64,000 bases of DNA from Methanocorpusculum sp. (GCA_029987235.1 DALTWF010000003.1:2641-66640), one strand, 5' to 3'. Positions 29,991-40,258 are shown, counted from the first letter of the stretch. The notes: a model not told the origin generated them from the sequence alone. A program made the numbers and translations.

Positions 29991-31274
29991 ATGGAAACCA
30001 CAATAATCCCAATTCAAAACACCGACATGACAGAATTTAGCAACGACGCAATCGAACGCGCCGGAGAACTTCTAGGCTGCCCCCTGGACCGCCCCAGCCT
30101 CATCAGAGCGCTAATCATCCAGCGCGACACAGGCCTCAGCCTTGCCAGAGGCGAACTCTCAATAATCAACTTCGGAGGCAAAAACTGCGTCTTCATCAAT
30201 AAACAAGGCTGGCTCGCCTACGCCGCACGCCAACCTGAATATGACGGCTACACCTGGGGCATCGAAAAACACGGCGACGACTGGCACGCATGGTGCAAGG
30301 TTTTCAGAAAAGACAGAACCCACCAGGTTTATGAAGACGCATGGATGAGCGAAGACAGACAGAAAAGCCCTGCATGGGACAAACTGCCAAAGAGAATGCT
30401 CGTCAAAGTCGCCATCAAACGAGCGCACCAGGCAGCATTCCCCGTCCTGAACGGACTCCTCACCCCAAGCGAAGTCGGACTCGAAGAAGACACACCGACC
30501 CGCATCACACCACAACCTGGAGACATCACCATCGAAGCAGAACCCGCACCACAACCGCAGCCAAAGCCGGAACGAAACCAACCCAAAACACCATACACAC
30601 TCAAACAGGCGCAGGACGCACGGCAAAACATGCTCGACCAGGGAATGACAGACGCAATCTTCAAACCGAACACACCCGGCACCGCCTACATCGACGGAAA
30701 AATCTGGGACGGAGACCTCATCATAGCCGACTTCAACCGACAGAGAGAATCCAAAAAAGAAGCTGAAGAAAAACAGAAAGCACAAACCGAGAAAACCTCA
30801 GAACCTCAGCCTGAAAAAACAGAACCGGCAAAGAAAGAACAAAAACCTGTTGCAGTCCAGCCAACACCGCAAACAGTCGCCCCCGAACAAAAAGAACAGC
30901 CAACAACCATCTGCCCCGTTTGCGGAAACCCAAGCATGACCACAGACGACCTAAAAAGCCTCACCGCAGCAGCCTCTGCGCTCGGAATAGAACCAACCTT
31001 TGACCCTACAATCTGCAAAGAATGCGGGAAAAAATGGTGGGCAGCAGTAAACCCGCAAGAATCCAGACCCGAACCAAAGAAAGAAGAAAAAATACCGCCG
31101 ACTGAAAAACAGACCGCACCAAAACACACCTGTGACCACTGCGGCAAAGAAATGACCACCACAGAATACACCGGAAACAGACTCTTCTCACCACCGGGCA
31201 AAATATACTGCAAAGCCTGCCTGGACAAAATAGAAACACAGTATAAAACCAAGACACAACCCGCAGAGGCATAA
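29991..31274 (+). CDS. RecT/Bet-family ssDNA-annealing protein with long C-terminal extension and Zn fingers
   Basis: GWLAYAARQPEYDG...AWCKVFRKD...WDKLPKRMLVKVA...AFP; C-terminal CxxC pairs. Confidence 0.8.
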   Translation: METTIIPIQNTDMTEFSNDAIERAGELLGCPLDRPSLIRALIIQRDTGLSLARGELSIINFGGKNCVFINKQGWLAYAARQPEYDGYTWGIEKHGDDWHAWCKVFRKDRTHQVYEDAWMSEDRQKSPAWDKLPKRMLVKVAIKRAHQAAFPVLNGLLTPSEVGLEEDTPTRITPQPGDITIEAEPAPQPQPKPERNQPKTPYTLKQAQDARQNMLDQGMTDAIFKPNTPGTAYIDGKIWDGDLIIADFNRQRESKKEAEEKQKAQTEKTSEPQPEKTEPAKKEQKPVAVQPTPQTVAPEQKEQPTTICPVCGNPSMTTDDLKSLTAAASALGIEPTFDPTICKECGKKWWAAVNPQESRPEPKKEEKIPPTEKQTAPKHTCDHCGKEMTTTEYTGNRLFSPPGKIYCKACLDKIETQYKTKTQPAEA

Positions 31275-31276
31275 AA

Positions 31277-31456
31277 ATGAGCTACAAACCAGCACAAAAG
31301 AGATGCTGGGAGTGCACAGTCTACAAGACAGCCGAATCCAGACACCAAACCGACAGACACAGCCCCGGATTCACCCAACCCCCTCTTTTTTGCGAAAAGA
31401 AAGGCTGCTACGTAAACGCAATGTCATACTGCCGCGACGGAGAATGGAAACCATGA
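31277..31456 (+). CDS. small Cys-rich protein (59 aa, not in ORF track)
   Basis: MSYKPAQKRCWEC...FCEKKGC...YC; stop overlaps the next ATG. Confidence 0.55.
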   Translation: MSYKPAQKRCWECTVYKTAESRHQTDRHSPGFTQPPLFCEKKGCYVNAMSYCRDGEWKP

Positions 31457-31713
31457 ACAGACCCCAAACAGACCCTGCAACAAAAACCCTGATACTCTCC
31501 GCAGCCTCCGCACAATGCACAGAACAAGGCTATACAGACGTGATCGGAATACTCATCAAACTATACGGACCTACAAACACATGGAAAGACCACCGAGGCA
31601 AAACCCCCCGCATATCACGGACCCACATCCATACAATATTATTGCATAACGGATTCATCAAAATCGGAGAGACCCGCCGCAAACGCTCACGATACCAGAA
31701 GAGGGAGACATGA
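31453..31713 (+). CDS. small basic wHTH-like protein (paralog A)
   Basis: C-terminal IS..I..IL..NG..I..R...RY pattern shared with paralogs B and C. Confidence 0.55.
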   Translation: MNRPQTDPATKTLILSAASAQCTEQGYTDVIGILIKLYGPTNTWKDHRGKTPRISRTHIHTILLHNGFIKIGETRRKRSRYQKRET

Positions 31714-31994
31714 CCCGGTTTCTACTCTCAAGTGAAAAATGGACTGACGACGACCGCCTTGTCGAAGAAACAGCAAAACAAATCTGCCAAAAGAAAGGCT
31801 GGGTCGACACCAGAGACATCTATGTCGCAGTCGTAGGAGACCTTACCCACCACAAAGGAGACCACACCAACGAAATATCCCTGCGCCGCATATCAATGCT
31901 GCTGCGCTCCGCAGGATACACACCAATTAACCCCCGGAGCCACGGCCGCACAAAGTACAAACTCCCGGAAAAGAAGGAGAAGAACGAGACATGA
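31710..31994 (+). CDS. small basic wHTH-like protein (paralog B)
   Basis: ISLRRISMLLRSAGY...RTKY. Confidence 0.6.
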   Translation: MTRFLLSSEKWTDDDRLVEETAKQICQKKGWVDTRDIYVAVVGDLTHHKGDHTNEISLRRISMLLRSAGYTPINPRSHGRTKYKLPEKKEKNET

Positions 31995-33517
31995 CCAACA
32001 TCGACGCAGAACAAACACCGTCGCAAGGAATATGGCAGCCCCCATACATGGAACTCAAGGCAGATATCGCAGGGTACCGGTTGGAACTCACAGGCGCCAT
32101 AGGTCAATGGCACGACGACGACGGCCTGCGGACATTTGATGCATCAGCAGAGCGCTGGACCCTGTCACGAATAGAGAACGGAACCGCACGCGAGCTTGAA
32201 GTCTATGACATACCCGGGAGCCAGAGAGGAAGAGACGTCTGGCACCACGCCAAAGAAACAATAAGCAAAACAATCACCGACGAAGAACAACTCAGAGAAG
32301 CAGAACTGCAATTTTATCGCAAGATACCTGCAATGAGCGTCAAAGCAACCGAAGCACTGGGAGAACTCTGGTATAAGACCGGAGACGCGCTTAACAAAAT
32401 ATGCGCAAGCTGCGCAAGAACACACGTCGGAGACAAAATCGCCATCCGCGCCATGCTCCTATCCTACGCAGCAACCCGAGTCATAAACGGAGAAGGCATC
32501 CACATCAGCATCAGCGGAAGCGCAGGAACCGGCAAAAGCCACGCCGCCTCCACCGCAGCAAAACACCTCCCAAACGGCGCAGTCGCCGACGCCAGACTCT
32601 CCGACAAAGCGCTCTACTACCACCAGATATACCCCGGCACAGTCCTGCTGATGGACGACCAGGAACTCACCGAAGACTTCCAGGAAGTCCTCAAAGTCGC
32701 CTCCACCGACTGGAGCAAACCGGCAACATACCTGACGGTAAACAACCAAAAACCCCTCGAACTCCACCTGCCTGAACGCTGCCCGTTCTGGATAGTAAAA
32801 GCCAACTTAAACGGCGATGAACAAGTCCTCGACAGACAACTCATAATCTGGACCGACGAAAGCACAGAACAGCTGAAATCCATCCAACAGGCAATCCTGC
32901 AGGCAGCCGCAAACCCCGACCTCCAGATAGGAGAAGGAGACGCACCAGTCTGCAGAGCCATCTGGGACCACATAACCGCCGCAACCGTAATAATCCCATA
33001 CGCAGGCGCGATATGTATGGACATCCACATGGACCCCCGAAACATCAAGCTCCTCATCGCACTGACACAGGCGCACGCGCTGATGGCAGCCCCGGCACGC
33101 GAGACGGAGAACAACGGCCAGACCGTAATCGCCACTATGCAGGACTTCATGGAAGCGGCAAAGATAATCAACCCCCTGCTGGAAAACATAGGAGGAAGCC
33201 AGAAACTGAAACTCAGCAGCGCAGCAGCACGCGTACTGGAATATTTATCAAAGCAGCCGAGCGGCATAATCCCGTTTGCAAACATAAGGAAAGAAACCGG
33301 AATGAGCAAAGGACAGCTCAGCCAGGCAATAAACGGAAGGAACGATCTTAAAACCGAAGGTCTGCTCAAAACATGCCCTGCAATCGAACTCACCGAAGAG
33401 AACATCCCAAAGCAGGGAGGCGGAACATTCAGACAGACATCAATCATCTGGAACGCCGAATCATACGAAGCATGGAGAGCCGCAACCGGCATGTTTTACA
33501 TGGACCTGGAAAAATAA
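31991..33517 (+). CDS. P-loop NTPase replication protein (helicase-like) with C-terminal wHTH
   Basis: Walker A GSAGTGKS, Walker B VLLMDD; lies directly upstream of the iteron cluster. Confidence 0.75.
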   Translation: MTNIDAEQTPSQGIWQPPYMELKADIAGYRLELTGAIGQWHDDDGLRTFDASAERWTLSRIENGTARELEVYDIPGSQRGRDVWHHAKETISKTITDEEQLREAELQFYRKIPAMSVKATEALGELWYKTGDALNKICASCARTHVGDKIAIRAMLLSYAATRVINGEGIHISISGSAGTGKSHAASTAAKHLPNGAVADARLSDKALYYHQIYPGTVLLMDDQELTEDFQEVLKVASTDWSKPATYLTVNNQKPLELHLPERCPFWIVKANLNGDEQVLDRQLIIWTDESTEQLKSIQQAILQAAANPDLQIGEGDAPVCRAIWDHITAATVIIPYAGAICMDIHMDPRNIKLLIALTQAHALMAAPARETENNGQTVIATMQDFMEAAKIINPLLENIGGSQKLKLSSAAARVLEYLSKQPSGIIPFANIRKETGMSKGQLSQAINGRNDLKTEGLLKTCPAIELTEENIPKQGGGTFRQTSIIWNAESYEAWRAATGMFYMDLEK

Positions 33518-33521
33518 AACT

Positions 33522-33827
33522 CGTAAACAGAAAAGCACGGTTTACTGCATAACCGTAAACCGGCAGATCCCTCCTTTTTTTCAAACGAAGCCAAATTATA
33601 CGTTATTTTATACTGGTTTACGGGTTTACGCCAAAAACGACCGAGAGAGGAACTTTAGAGCACCAGCAAAAAAAGTCGGGCATTCCCCTATTTAACGTAA
33701 ACTTATAAAAATATAATTATTATTTTTTTTATTATTACCTTAATTTGTAAACCGAGGCAGATTATGGCAGTTTTTGAGTTTACGCCAAACACGTAAATCA
33801 GGCGTAAACCAGCGTAAACACGTAAAC
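33522..33827. repeat. putative viral replication origin: 12 (C)GTAAAC-type iterons around an AT-rich core
   Basis: Copies at 33522, 33540, 33554, 33616, 33624, 33696, 33746, 33778, 33792, 33803, 33813, 33821 in both orientations; AT tract ~33703-33745. Confidence 0.75.
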
Positions 33828-33910
33828 AACCCACCGAAAAACACCACTACTACCCACAGAGCCTGAACAGACCCTGACAAAATACCCGGTCAAATAAAGT
33901 ATAAAGAGCG

Positions 33911-34501
33911 ATGACAACCAATAAACCCCACATGGACGCAACAACCATCGAAGCAGCGGCCGCCGCACTCATCGCACTTTTGACAACCGTATATGGAATT
34001 TACCAGAAAGTGATGACCGTCATCGCCAACAACAAAACCGCAGCAGCAGAACAAGACAAAGCAACCGCCCTCGCAGCCAAAGACAAAGCCGAATCAGAAG
34101 CTGCAGTCAAGGCCGCAGAATATCAGGCACTCGACGACCTCATGAATCCGTATGTAGAACAGACCGAAGAGCAGACCGCTCTCATTGAAGCCGGCGCCGT
34201 CTCCGATGCCGCATGGAAGATGAGCATCGACACAGTAGAAGAGCTCAGCAAGCGCCTCACCGCAGCAGGAGGACTCGCCAGCATCAACGTCGTCAAAGCC
34301 GTAGTCAACCAGGCAGAAAAAGACAAGCAGGTGGAATATGCCATCCTCTGCACACCCGCAGAAGGAACCGGCAAAACAATCGACGAATACCCCGCAGCCT
34401 TCATCTCCTACGGAACCATCGCCAAGATTGACAAGTGGGGAGTAATCAAAGAAATCGCCCGCGCGCACCAGTGCGGCGACTGGTACTCAATCGCAGGATA
34501 A
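33911..34501 (+). CDS. membrane-anchored coiled-coil protein
   Basis: N-terminal TM AAAAALIALLTTVYGIY then Ala-rich coil. Confidence 0.7.
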   Translation: MTTNKPHMDATTIEAAAAALIALLTTVYGIYQKVMTVIANNKTAAAEQDKATALAAKDKAESEAAVKAAEYQALDDLMNPYVEQTEEQTALIEAGAVSDAAWKMSIDTVEELSKRLTAAGGLASINVVKAVVNQAEKDKQVEYAILCTPAEGTGKTIDEYPAAFISYGTIAKIDKWGVIKEIARAHQCGDWYSIAG

Positions 34502-34503
34502 GA

Positions 34504-34749
34504 GTGCCGAAACCAACCGACACCGCCATCCTGGAAGCAGCCGAAGAGTGCCTGCAGCATAGCAGCACAGGCACCATCGGTCTCCGGGATGTCTTTTATA
34601 CGCTTGAAACCAGACGCAGGAGATACAGAGAACCGGCACAGGAGACAACCAGCCTCATGCAGATCTCACGAACCCTCATCGCCAACGGATACGAACTCGC
34701 AGAACTGCGACCCAAAAGCTACAGCAGATACAGAAAAATCGACCAGTAA
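34504..34749 (+). CDS. small basic wHTH-like protein (paralog C)
   Basis: GTG start; TSLMQISRTLIANGY...RPKSYSRY. Confidence 0.55.
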   Translation: MPKPTDTAILEAAEECLQHSSTGTIGLRDVFYTLETRRRRYREPAQETTSLMQISRTLIANGYELAELRPKSYSRYRKIDQ

Positions 34750-35011
34750 CTCAAGACAGCAAACCAACACCTGCCAGGACGCACCCCCGCCGAAGGGGCG
34801 GCATATCAAATACCGACGGACCAATGTTATGCACCAATCCTGATAATTGGAAATACGTACTTGCATTAACTCCACGACAACACCTCTGGACCACGGTTTC
34901 AAATCACCGTAGACGATACTATAACCCATGCACACGGCACATATCGCATGGGTGAGCGGTCGACGCTGAGATTGACAGCGCAGGACGTTCACGACGTCAC
35001 GACCGCCTGCC

Positions 35012-35302
35012 ATGACAGGCGAAACGATGAAGCTTAAAGGATTCGACAGAAACGGACAGCAAATATCCCGCGTCCATTTCGACTACGCCCGCAGCACCGG
35101 CATCCACAACGGCCTGCTGCTGTACCGGGAAGAAAACCCGCACCCGGTCGCAAGCATAACCGCCACCCTCGGAGACAAAGAAGCCACCCTGACCGAGTGG
35201 AACCCCCGCGAATGCGTAGACGAACCAAAGAAGACCAAACTCCACCACTGGCTCATCACCCAAGAGATACACCCCGACCTGCCGCAAGAGGAAGACAGAT
35301 GA
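35012..35302 (+). CDS. hypothetical protein
   Basis: 96 aa; coupled to the small terminase; start could be 35027. Confidence 0.55.
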   Translation: MTGETMKLKGFDRNGQQISRVHFDYARSTGIHNGLLLYREENPHPVASITATLGDKEATLTEWNPRECVDEPKKTKLHHWLITQEIHPDLPQEEDR

Positions 35303-35748
35303 ACATCACCAAAGCAGAAAAACAATCCAGGATAAATGAAATCTTCAGACTCCTCATCACCCGAACCGACCGCAAAGCAATCCACCGCTATGCAATCCTG
35401 AAAGGCTGGAACATACACCCAAGAACAGTCGACGAATACATCGCAGAAGCCAACAAAGAGATCATCAAAACCGCAGCAGAAAACAGAGACGAAATGCTCG
35501 CACGCGCCACCCTTTGCCTTGACGACCTCTATACAAAATCATACAACATAAACGATTTCAAGACATGCGTCCAGGTAATGGACAGAGTGATAAAACTCCA
35601 CGGACTCGACGCCCCGACGGAGCACAAAGTCACCCTCACTGACATGGACCAGCTGCGTGAAACAATCAACGCAGCCATCAGCGCAGACCCGACCCAGCGC
35701 GACAGAATAACTGCCGCACTTCCCGACATGGACGAAGACGACCAGTGA
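35299..35748 (+). CDS. putative terminase small subunit
   Basis: HTH-like N-terminus, KLHGLDAP motif; directly upstream of the large terminase. Confidence 0.7.
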   Translation: MNITKAEKQSRINEIFRLLITRTDRKAIHRYAILKGWNIHPRTVDEYIAEANKEIIKTAAENRDEMLARATLCLDDLYTKSYNINDFKTCVQVMDRVIKLHGLDAPTEHKVTLTDMDQLRETINAAISADPTQRDRITAALPDMDEDDQ

Positions 35749-37124
35749 ACGAAGCGCTCGCGATAAGAGCCAATATCGACCTGCCAACATACCTCCGGGT
35801 CGCTAACCACGGTCAGTGGAAAAACGCACCGCACCTCAGCCTTCTCTGCAGCGCTCTCCACGAAATAGACGCAGGACAGACAAAGCGCCTCATCGTAAAC
35901 ATGCCGCCAAGGCACGGAAAGAGCGAAGTCATCTCAAAAGGGTTCCCCGGTTGGTATTTGGGACGCCATCCCGACCACGAAATAATGCTCACCAGTTACG
36001 GAGCAGAGCTCGCCGAAGACTTCTCACGCATCAACCGGGAGAAGCTCCGCGAGTTCGGGCCGGAGATATTCGGAGTGACAATAAGCAGAGCGTCCGCAGC
36101 CGTAGGACGCTGGGGCATAACAGGACACAAAGGAGGACTCGTCGCCGCAGGAGTCAACGGCCCGCTCACCGGCAGAGGAGCAAACGTCGCCATCATAGAC
36201 GACCCGATTAAAGGAGCGCTGGAAGCCAACTCCCAGACATACAGACAGCACCTCCTCGAATGGTACCAAACCGTCTTACGCACCCGCCTCGCCCCGGGAG
36301 GCGCAATAATCGTAGTTCAGACGCGATGGGCAAAACAAGACCTTGCAGGCTGGCTCATAGAACAGGCAGCAACCGGAGGAGAACAATGGAAAATCCTCAA
36401 CATGCCCGCGATCTCCGGAGAGGAACCCGACAGCATGAACAGAGCCCCAGAGCAGGCACTCTGGCCGGACAGATATCCGCTGCAGTACTTGAAAGACATC
36501 AAGCAAACCCTGACACCATACCAGTGGTCCGCGCTTTACCAGCAGCAACCGATTGATTACGAAGGAGCACTCTGGAAATTTGACACCATAGACGCGCACC
36601 GCGTCCCCGCCGGTTCCACCCCCGCAGGATTCAAGAGGATAGTGGTCGGGGTTGACCCGGCAGTGACATCCGGAGCCAGCAGCGACGAAACCGGCATCAT
36701 CGTCGCAGCAAGCGACAACACCGGCCACTTTTACATACTGGACGACCGCAGCGGGAAATATACCCCGAACGAAATGGTCCGCACATACACCGCAGCATAC
36801 TGGGAGCACCAGGCAAACGACGTCATCGCAGAAAACAACCAGGGAGGAGATCTCATCGAAGCACTGACCCACAACTATGACCGCCGGGTGAGATACAAGG
36901 CAGTAAGAGCCACCCGCGGCAAGCGCATCCGCGCAGAACCAATTGTCTCGCTTTACGAACAAGGTCTGGTCCACCACGCAGGAAGATTCGATCAGCTCGA
37001 AGAACAACTCGTGACATGGAACCCGATGAGCACAGACAGCCCCGACAGGCTCGACGCGCTCGTCTGGGCACTGACCGACCTCAGCACAAAAACACCGGCA
37101 TATCAGCCGCCAATCGTATTATGA
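35745..37124 (+). CDS. terL: terminase large subunit
   Basis: MPPRHGKS, IIDDP, QTRW, GVDPA, DRLDALVWA. Confidence 0.95.
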   Translation: MNEALAIRANIDLPTYLRVANHGQWKNAPHLSLLCSALHEIDAGQTKRLIVNMPPRHGKSEVISKGFPGWYLGRHPDHEIMLTSYGAELAEDFSRINREKLREFGPEIFGVTISRASAAVGRWGITGHKGGLVAAGVNGPLTGRGANVAIIDDPIKGALEANSQTYRQHLLEWYQTVLRTRLAPGGAIIVVQTRWAKQDLAGWLIEQAATGGEQWKILNMPAISGEEPDSMNRAPEQALWPDRYPLQYLKDIKQTLTPYQWSALYQQQPIDYEGALWKFDTIDAHRVPAGSTPAGFKRIVVGVDPAVTSGASSDETGIIVAASDNTGHFYILDDRSGKYTPNEMVRTYTAAYWEHQANDVIAENNQGGDLIEALTHNYDRRVRYKAVRATRGKRIRAEPIVSLYEQGLVHHAGRFDQLEEQLVTWNPMSTDSPDRLDALVWALTDLSTKTPAYQPPIVL

Positions 37125-38479
37125 ACGACAACACCAGCACCACCATCGCAGACCGCATAAAAGGTCTGTTTAAGAAACAACCGACAGAGATCAAAACAAA
37201 CGGACAGGTCACCCTTGCCACCGCAAACGAAGTCAGCACCTGGAACAGCCTGCTGCAAAGAGGAGAAGCACAGCACCAGGAAGTCTCCAAAAAATATCGG
37301 ACGATATACAGGAGCGGCGGCATCGTAAGAGCAGCCATTGACGCATACATCCTTTTCATCTTTTCAGGAGGATGGCAGATGGCAAGCGATGACGAACACC
37401 GCGACACCCAACAACTTATCCAGGATAACTTTTTTAGTAAAACCGGGGCATTTAACACAACCATCCAGCAGATGACACAGGACGCCATCTGCATCGGCGA
37501 CGGTTACGCGAAGATTCTCACCGGAGCCGGACAACTCACCCGCACCCCAGTCGCACTGCAGCACATCCCGGCCGAGAGAGTAAAACCCCACATTGATAAC
37601 ACATACTCAATCCTCTGGTATGATGTTTACAACAAGGACGGCAGCGCCATCCTTGAGAGGATAAAACCCGAAGACATGCTGCACGTTTGCCTGCAGCCAA
37701 GCGGAGGTGAAATATTCGGAGTCGGGCTGCTCGAAAGTGCATGGGACGAAATCCGCCACGATATCGAAGTCGCAGAAGGAAGCGCGGCCGCCATCCGCCG
37801 TCACGGATTCGGCATCTGGCACGCCAAGGTCAGCAGCACCGACCCGGAGACCACAATCACCGAAAAAGACGTCGATGCTGTACGCCAGAACATGAAATCC
37901 CTCAGCAGCAGAACAGAAATCGTGACGAGCAGCAACGTCGAAATCTCAGCACTGAACGAAGCAGGACAGATAAACGTCGGCGCATACGCAGACTGGAGCA
38001 TCGCAAGGCTCTGCACCGCGCTGGGGATGCCAGGAGAACTTCTGGGACTCCGCCAGGGAACCACCGACGCCACCGCAGTCAGCCGAATCGAGAATTTCTA
38101 TAAGAAGATACAGACTTACCAGGAACTGCTCGCACAGGCAATAAACACGCAGTACATCGACCGCATCCTTTCAAGCACCGGCAAAGTTCCAGGGAGCGTC
38201 TGGATTGAATACGCAGACCCAAGCCCGGAGGACAACATCAAGCGCGCTTCTTACGTCTCAAGCATAGCAGCCATCACCCCCGGTGACCCGTTCGGGATAA
38301 TGAGTCAGCAGCAGATCCAGACCTACCTCGGCATCGACCACGACCAGTGGGCAAAGGACGAAGAGTTCATGGAAAGCGAAACCAACGACGCAGCAATGGC
38401 AGCACTGGAGAACCTCACGTCAAAAGACGTTTCATCGCAGACGGAGGACAAAGCAGATGCCAGAGAGGAGAACCAATAA
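37121..38479 (+). CDS. portal protein
   Basis: Position after terL; ICIGDGY, FGVGLLE, ALGMPGELLG patterns; 452 aa. Confidence 0.85.
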   Translation: MNDNTSTTIADRIKGLFKKQPTEIKTNGQVTLATANEVSTWNSLLQRGEAQHQEVSKKYRTIYRSGGIVRAAIDAYILFIFSGGWQMASDDEHRDTQQLIQDNFFSKTGAFNTTIQQMTQDAICIGDGYAKILTGAGQLTRTPVALQHIPAERVKPHIDNTYSILWYDVYNKDGSAILERIKPEDMLHVCLQPSGGEIFGVGLLESAWDEIRHDIEVAEGSAAAIRRHGFGIWHAKVSSTDPETTITEKDVDAVRQNMKSLSSRTEIVTSSNVEISALNEAGQINVGAYADWSIARLCTALGMPGELLGLRQGTTDATAVSRIENFYKKIQTYQELLAQAINTQYIDRILSSTGKVPGSVWIEYADPSPEDNIKRASYVSSIAAITPGDPFGIMSQQQIQTYLGIDHDQWAKDEEFMESETNDAAMAALENLTSKDVSSQTEDKADAREENQ

Positions 38480-38810
38480 GAACCCCTCTCTTTCATCCAG
38501 GAGAAACCTCTGGCGCAGCAAGACAGAGGAGGCAAAATACTCAAGAGAGGCCCGGGCATTCATAGCAGACTATGGAGCGCGCCTGCAGGAAGCCCTGAAG
38601 ATATACAGCAGAGAAGACGCAGACGGGAACGTCACCATCGACATGGCTGGATTTCAGGAAAGGATGGAGCAGATAAAGACCGTTCTCCTTGCGCAGACAG
38701 GCGCAACCATAACCAAGGAACACGCCAAGGCAGGTCTGACTCTTGGCATAGAATACGCAGAACGAAGCCTCAAAGACGCAGGAGTAGAAGATGCCAAGTC
38801 CGCAGTATAA
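38457..38810 (+). CDS. head morphogenesis-associated protein (probable separate N-terminal MuF part)
   Basis: Helical 117-aa ORF between portal and MuF. Confidence 0.55.
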   Translation: MPERRTNKNPSLSSRRNLWRSKTEEAKYSREARAFIADYGARLQEALKIYSREDADGNVTIDMAGFQERMEQIKTVLLAQTGATITKEHAKAGLTLGIEYAERSLKDAGVEDAKSAV

Positions 38811-39996
38811 CTCAATCGTCTTCACGCAGGAAGACTGGCGCGTGCTTGACGTTTTAGAGACCCGCAACTTTGCCGCGCTCAAAGGAATCACCGACGACAT
38901 GAGTAAGGACATCACTCGCGCGCTGTCCGAAGGAGTCACCGCCGGAAAAGGGATGCCGGACCTGAGCAAGGCAATCTCCGATGCGACCGGCATGGCAAAG
39001 ACCAGAGCAGACCGGATGGCAAGGACGGAGACCATCAATGCCTGCGTCGACGCAGCCCGCAGCAGATACCAGGAACTCGGGGTTAAGGAGTTTGAGTTTG
39101 TCGCAGCCAGCGACGACAGGCTCTGCGACATTTGCGCGAGTTTCAACGGGAAAATATACAAGCTCACCGACGACGCACACCTGCCGCCAATCCACCCGAA
39201 CTGCCGCTGCGCAATAGCACCCATCATCGGAGACAGGAAGGAGGAAATCCTGAAAGAAACCAAAGGCACCGCAGGTGTTTACGCAAGAGGGAATAAACCA
39301 ACCACAGAAAGCAAGAACAACTCCCCAGTAATGAATGATGACCAGTTCACAACCATTCAAAAACTGGTCGCACAGTTATCACCGAATAACACAATAATAC
39401 TGGACGAATCAGTGAAGGATCTTGATTTTAAGGAGGTAAAAACAGTAATAAAAAGCTTGAAGACAATATCCTCAACCGAAACAGGGAGGGAAGCGCTATC
39501 AAAAATAACCAAGATAGACACAACAACAAAACCAGATGTTTATTTAGGGACAAGTTACACAAAGGACGGGAGTCTCATAATTTCAATAAATCACGACAAG
39601 TTTTTAAGTAAAAATATTCGTCAGACTCGGGAGGATTTCCAAAAAGAAACATGTCTTTTCATCCCAAATATGCGTTTTGATTTGGGAGGGAGACATGAAG
39701 GAATACACGCAGATACAATCAGATATTTGCTGAAAGCATACTCAGGAGACACAGCCAAAGTTTATAATGAATGGAAAAAAATAACCTCAACAAATCAAGA
39801 GGAGTGGAAAGGGACAATAATATTTAATCTAATAGAAAAGGCGATGATAGAATCGAACCAAAAAGTCCGAGATATATCATTAAACGCTTTTACAACACCT
39901 GCAGAGGCAATTGTTGAGGCAATACTGGATGTAGAACTTAACAAAGATAAAGCGCAAAGAATATCTATTACATTGAATAGATTATATTATACGTAA
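38791..39996 (+). CDS. MuF/SPP1-gp7 minor head protein with C-terminal HExxH (zincin-like) extension
   Basis: RMARTET, DDRLCDIC, PPIHPNCRC; AT-rich extension containing RHEGIH and AEAIVEA. Confidence 0.85.
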   Translation: MPSPQYNSIVFTQEDWRVLDVLETRNFAALKGITDDMSKDITRALSEGVTAGKGMPDLSKAISDATGMAKTRADRMARTETINACVDAARSRYQELGVKEFEFVAASDDRLCDICASFNGKIYKLTDDAHLPPIHPNCRCAIAPIIGDRKEEILKETKGTAGVYARGNKPTTESKNNSPVMNDDQFTTIQKLVAQLSPNNTIILDESVKDLDFKEVKTVIKSLKTISSTETGREALSKITKIDTTTKPDVYLGTSYTKDGSLIISINHDKFLSKNIRQTREDFQKETCLFIPNMRFDLGGRHEGIHADTIRYLLKAYSGDTAKVYNEWKKITSTNQEEWKGTIIFNLIEKAMIESNQKVRDISLNAFTTPAEAIVEAILDVELNKDKAQRISITLNRLYYT

Positions 39997-40011
39997 GATA
40001 GGAGGAGAAAT

Positions 40012-40155
40012 ATGATTAGGGCATTTGGAGAATGGATTAACTGGGCAATTGAAGATGAAAAAACAGGTTTTTGCGCAGGGGTTAGAGATGATGCGCCAGA
40101 AGGGATAAAGAAACAGTATAAAGAATATCTAAAATCAGTTAATGAAGGACTATAA
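40012..40155 (+). CDS. 47-aa protein, candidate immunity partner of the MuF extension (not in ORF track)
   Basis: RBS GGAGGAG at 40001-40007; MIRAFGEWINWAIEDEKTGFCAGVRDDAPEGIKKQYKEYLKSVNEGL. Confidence 0.7.
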   Translation: MIRAFGEWINWAIEDEKTGFCAGVRDDAPEGIKKQYKEYLKSVNEGL

Positions 40156-40258
40156 CAATATTCAACCACCCTAACCGCACTCATCACCCCCGCTTTTTTC
40201 ACCAATCCCTGCATGCGCAACACAAAATATAACACAGGGAAAGTGCCAGAACATAAAG

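Noticed and set aside
34956..35006. Hammerhead ribozyme in the three-way junction
   Set aside because: The CUGANGA and GAAA core nucleotides are not at the junction.
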